Of a DNA stretch of 64,000 bases, positions 58,935-64,000 are shown one piece after another. The notes beneath the pieces were generated by a model, which saw only the letters and a list, made by a program, of their open reading frames with translations, had not been told where the DNA came from and searched no databases. The first letter of the stretch is position 1. The number at the start of each line of letters is the position of its first letter. This DNA is from the human T2T-CHM13v2.0 reference genome, Homo sapiens, in assembly GCF_009914755.1 (NCBI RefSeq), contig NC_060926.1; one strand, given 5' to 3'. Both the position numbers and the translations under genes were made by a program.

Positions 58935-61900
58935 CTTTTTAAATTTTTAAATTTTTAATTTTTATGGGTACATAGTAGGTGTATATATTCATGGGGGACA
59001 TGAGATATTTTGATACAGGCATTGCAATGTGAAAATAATCACATCATGGAGAATGGGGTATCCATACGCTCAATCATTTATCCTTTGGGTTACAAACAAT
59101 TCAATTACACTCTTTTGGTCATTTTAAAATGTACAATTAGGTTATTATTAACTATAGTCACCCTGTTGTGCTATCAAATTACTAGGTCTTATCCATTCTT
59201 CTGTATTTGTTTTTGTACCCATTAAGCATCCCCACCTCCCCCTTAGCCCTCTGCTATACTCCCCAGCCTCTGGTAACCATCCTGCTACTCTCTATGTCTA
59301 TGAGTTCAATTGTTTTTATCATTAGATCTCGTAAATAAGTGAGACCATGTCATGTTTTTCTTCCTGTGCCTAGCTTATTTCACTTAACATAATGATCACC
59401 AGTTCCATCAATGTTGCAAATGAATAAATCTCATTCTTTTTTATGACTGAATAGTACTCCATTGTGTATATGTATCACGTTTTCTTTATTCATTCATCTG
59501 TTGATGGACACTTAGGTTGCTTCCCAATCTAGCTATTGTAAACAATGCTGCAACAAACATGTGAATGCAGATATCTCTTCAATACACTGATTTCCTTTCT
59601 TTTGGGTATATACCCAGCAGTGGGATTGTGGGATCATATGGTAGCTCTATTTGTAGTTTTGTGAGGAACTTCCAAACTCTTCTCCATAATGATCATACTA
59701 ATTTACATTCCCACCAACAATATATGAGAGTTCCCTTTTCTCCACATCCTCGCCAGCATTTGTTATTGCCTGTCTTTTAATATAAACCATTTTACCTGGG
59801 GTAAGATGATATCTCATTGTACTTTTAATTTATATTTCCCTGATGATCAATGATGTTGAACATTTTTTCATATGTCTACTTGCCATTTATATGTCTTCTT
59901 TTGTGAAATGTCAAATCTTTTGCCCATTTTTCCTATAGAATTGTTTGAACTTCTGATATATTCTTGTTATTAATCCCTTGTCAGATGGGTAGTTGGCAAA
60001 TATTTTCTCCCATTCTGTGGGTTGTCTCTTCACTTTGTTGTTTCCTTTGCTGTGCAGAAGCTTTTTAACTTGATGTGATCCTATTTGTCTATTTTTGCTT
60101 TAGTTGCCTGTGCTTGTGGGGTATTGCTCAAGAAATCTTTGCCCAGACTGATGTCCTGGAGAAGGTCCCCAGTGTTTTCTTGTAGTAGTTTCATAGTTTG
60201 AGGTCTTAGATTTATGTCTTTAATCAATTTTGATTTGATTTTTGTATATTGTGAGAGGTCAGGGGTCTAGTTTCATTCTTCTGCATATGGATATCCAGTT
60301 TTTCCCAGCACCATTTATTGAAGAGACCGTCATTTCCCAGTTTCATCAGTCTTTTTTGATGCAGGCACTTATAGCTATAAAATTTCTTCTTAGTACTGTT
60401 TTTGCAGTATCCCATAGGTTTTGGTATGTTGTGTTTTTATTATCATTTGTTTCAAGAAATTTTTCAAATTCCTTCTTAATTTCTTCATTGATGTACTGTT
60501 CATTCAGGAGCATATTGTTTGATTTTCATGTATTTGTGTAGTTTCCAAAATTCTTTATTATTCATTTCTAGTTTTATTCCACTGTGGTCAGACAAGATGC
60601 TTAATATTATTTCAGTTTTTTGGACGTTTTAAAACTTGTTTTGTGACCTAACATATGGTTTATCCTTGAGAGTTATCCATGTACTGAGGAAAATAATGTG
60701 TATTCTGTAGCCATTCAATGAAATGCTCTGTAAATATCTATTAGGTCTATTTGGTCTGTATTGCAGATTAAGTGTGATATTTCTTTGTTAATTTTCTGTC
60801 TGGGAGATCTGTCCAATGCTGAAAGTGGGATATTGAAGTCTCTAGTTACTATTATATTGGGGCCTATCTCTCTCTTTAGCTCTAATAATATTTGCTTTAT
60901 ATATCTGGGTGCTCCCATATTGGGTGCATATATATTTAAAACTGTTATATCCTCTTGCTAAATTGACCCCTTTATCATTATCATTATATAGTGAACTTTT
61001 TTTGTCTCTTTTAGCTTTTGTCTTCAAATCTATTTTGTCTGATATAACTACTCCTGTTCTTTTTTGGTTTCCATTGGCATCAAATATCTTTTTCCATCCC
61101 TTTATTTTTAGTCTATGCGTGCCTTTATAGGTTAAGTGTGTTTCTTGTAGACAACAGATCAATGGGTCTTGTTTATTCATCCATTTTGCCACTGCATGTC
61201 TTTTGATTGGAGATTTTAGTCTATTTACATTCAATGTTACTGTTTATAAGTAAGGACTTACCCTTGTCACTTTGTTATTTGTTTACTGGTTGTTTTGTGG
61301 TCTTCTCTTTCTTCTTTCCTTCCTGACTTCCTTTAGTCAAAGTGATTTTCTCTGGTGATACAATTTAGTTTCTTGTTTTTTACTTTTTGTGTCTCCATTG
61401 TATGCTTTTTAGTTTGAAGTTACCATGAGGCTTTCAATTACTATCTTATAAACCCATTATTTCAACCTGACCACAACTTAACACTGTTTACATAAACAAA
61501 CAAGCAAAAAGAAAATAAAAACTCTATCTCTCAACGTCATCACCCTACTTTTAAACTTTTTATTGTTTCTATTTACATTTTATTGTACTGCTTATGTCTC
61601 CTGGCCTGTAAGGTTTCCACTGAAAAGTCTGCTGACAGGCATATTGGAGCTCCATTGTACATTATTTGCTTCATTTCTCTTGCTGCTTTTAGAATCTTTT
61701 CTTTATCCTTAATCTTTGGGAGTCTGATTATTAAATGCCTTGAGGTAGTCTTATCTGGGCTAAATCTGTTTGGTGTTCTATAACCTTCTTATACTTGGAT
61801 ATTGATATCTTTCTCTAGGTTTGGGAAGTTCTCTGTTATTATCCTTTTGAATAAACTTTCTGCCCCTCCTCTTTCTCTGCCTCCTCTTTTGTTGTTCTTA

Positions 61901-64000
61901 TTTACATCTTATTGTACCAATTATGTCTTGAAAAGTTGTTGTAGTTATTATTTTTGACTCATTCATTGTTTAGTCTTTCTTCTTAGGATAACAGTAGTTT
62001 ACACACCACAGTTATGATGTTATAATATTCTGTGATTTTCTGAGTGCTTACTATTACCGGTGAGTTCTGTACCTTCAGGTGATGTGTTATTGTTCATTAA
62101 CATCCTTTTATCTCTGATTGAAATACTACCTTTAGCATTTCTTGAGGACAGGTCTGGTGTTGATGAAATCTCCCAGCTTTTATCTGTCCGGAAAAGCCTT
62201 TATTTCTCCTTCATGTTTGAAGGATATTTTCATCAGATATATTATTCTAGGGTAAAAGTTGTCTGTGTTTTTTTTTCCTTCAGCACTTTATGTCATGCTG
62301 CTCTCTCCCAGCCTGTAAGGTTTTCACAGAAAATTTTCCTGCAAGATGTATGGGAGATCCATTGTATGTTGTTTGTTTCTTTTCTCTTGTTGCTTTTAGA
62401 ATCCTTTCTTTATTCTTGATCTTTGCAAGTCTGATTATTAAATGCCTTGAGGTAGTCTTCTTTGGGTTAAATCTGCTTGGTGTTCTACAACCTTCTTATG
62501 CTTGGATATTGATATCTTTCTCCAAATTTGGGAGTTCTCTGTTATTATTCATTACAATAAACTATCTACCTCTATCTCTTTCTCTACTTCTTCTTTAAGG
62601 CCAATAACTCTTAGATTTGCCATTTTAAGGCTATTTTCTAGATTCTGTAGGCACACTTCATTGATTTTTATTCTTTTTCCTTTTGTCTCCTCTGACTGTG
62701 TATTTTCAAGTAGCTTGTCTTCAAGCTCACTAACTCTTCCTTCCACTTGATCAATTCTGCTACTAAAAGATTCTGATGCATTCTTCTGTATGCCAATTGC
62801 ATTTTTTTCAGCTCCAGAATTTCTGCTTCTTTTTGATTATTTCAATCTCTTTCTTAAATTTATCTGACAGAATTATGAATTCCTTCTCTATGTTCTCTTG
62901 AATTTCTTTGAGTTTCCTCAACATACCTATTTTGAATTCTCTGTCTGAAAGGTCACATATCTCTGTTTCTCCAGGATTAGTCACTGGTGCCTTTAGCTCA
63001 TTCAGTGAGGTCATGTTTTCCTGGATAGTGTTGATGCTGGTAGACGTTCGTCAGTGTCTGGGCACTGAAGAGTTAGGTATTCATTGCAGTCTCCTCAGTC
63101 TGGGCTTGTTTGTACCTGTCCTTCTTGGGAAGGCTTTCCAGAAATTTGAAGGGACTTAGGTATTGTGATCTAAGCTGTATCTGCTTTAGGGGGTGCCTCA
63201 AGCCCAGTAATGCTGTGGTTCTAGTAGACTTCTAGAGGTACTACCTTGATGATCTTGGACAAGACTCAGGAGAATTTCCTGGAATACCCAGCAAAGACTC
63301 TTCTTCTCTTCCATTACTTTCTCCAAAAAAGTAGTCTCTCTCTCTGTTCTGAGCCACCTAAAGCTGGGGAAGGAGTGACACAAGCACCCATGTAGCCACC
63401 ACCACTATGACTGTGCTGGTTCAGACCTGAAGCCAACACAGCACTGGGTCTTACCTAAGCCCTGCTATGATCACTCCCTGGCTACTGCTTATGTTTTCTC
63501 AAGGCACTGGGGCTCCAGAGTCAACAAGTGGCAAAGGCCAGCCAGATTTGTATCCTTCTTTTCACATCAACGAGGTCCCCTAGGTGGGTCCAGAGGTACC
63601 ATTTGGGAGTCAGGGACTAGATCAAAAACCTTAGAAATCTATCTAGTGTTCTATTGTACTGAAACTGAGTTGGGACTCAAACCACAAGACACAGTCCTTC
63701 CCACTCTTTCCTCTGCTTTCCAAAAACAGAGGAGCCTCACCTCATAGCCACTGCCACCACAAGCCACAAGGAGAACTACTAGACTACCACCCATATTCCC
63801 TTAAGGACCAAGGGCTCTTAAATAAGACTGTGGTGAATGCTGCCTGGCCTATGACTCACCTTTTAGGACACTGGGCTCCACTCTGTAACAGGGCAGAACC
63901 AGAAATGCCATCCAAGAGTCAAGTTCTGGAATCAGGGACCCCCAATAGCTCACTTGGTCCTCTCCCCTGTGGCCATGCTGCTACCCACGATGCAAGAAAA
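58935..64000 (-). mobile_element. L1MA (about MA1-3) spanning 3'UTR, ORF2, ORF1 and 5'UTR, with an internal deletion and a duplication
   Basis: 3' end tttatgggtacatagtaggtg; endonuclease remnant NVNRLKSPIKR...CCLQETHL (60842-61234); ORF1 coiled-coil remnants (62552-63014); 5'UTR-like GC-richer sequence to the window end. Confidence 0.93.

Overview
Primate nuclear DNA, almost certainly human: it carries a near-consensus AluYb8 with the diagnostic GCAGTCC duplication. The window is AT-rich and intergenic or intronic. I can support no cellular protein-coding gene; the only homologous ORFs are broken LINE-1 ORF1/ORF2 remnants and a CR1/L3 C-terminal remnant. Repeat-dense flanks (about 1-11 kb and 39.7-64 kb) hold nested L1M/L1PA/L1PB elements, Alus, MaLR LTRs, MER58, a U6-L1 chimera and a tailless 5S retropseudogene. 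They surround a repeat-poor core (about 20-39 kb) with enhancer-like unique segments. The most notable observations are retrotransposition and rearrangement by-products: an inverted L1PA pair sharing private variants (probable gene conversion), a probable L1 3' transduction, a twin-primed L1, a micro-inversion of an Alu B-box, template-switch palindromes, and a TSD-less L1-L1 fusion. I found no evidence for a novel coding system. Repeat subfamily names come from recalled consensus sequences and boundaries of old repeats are approximate.
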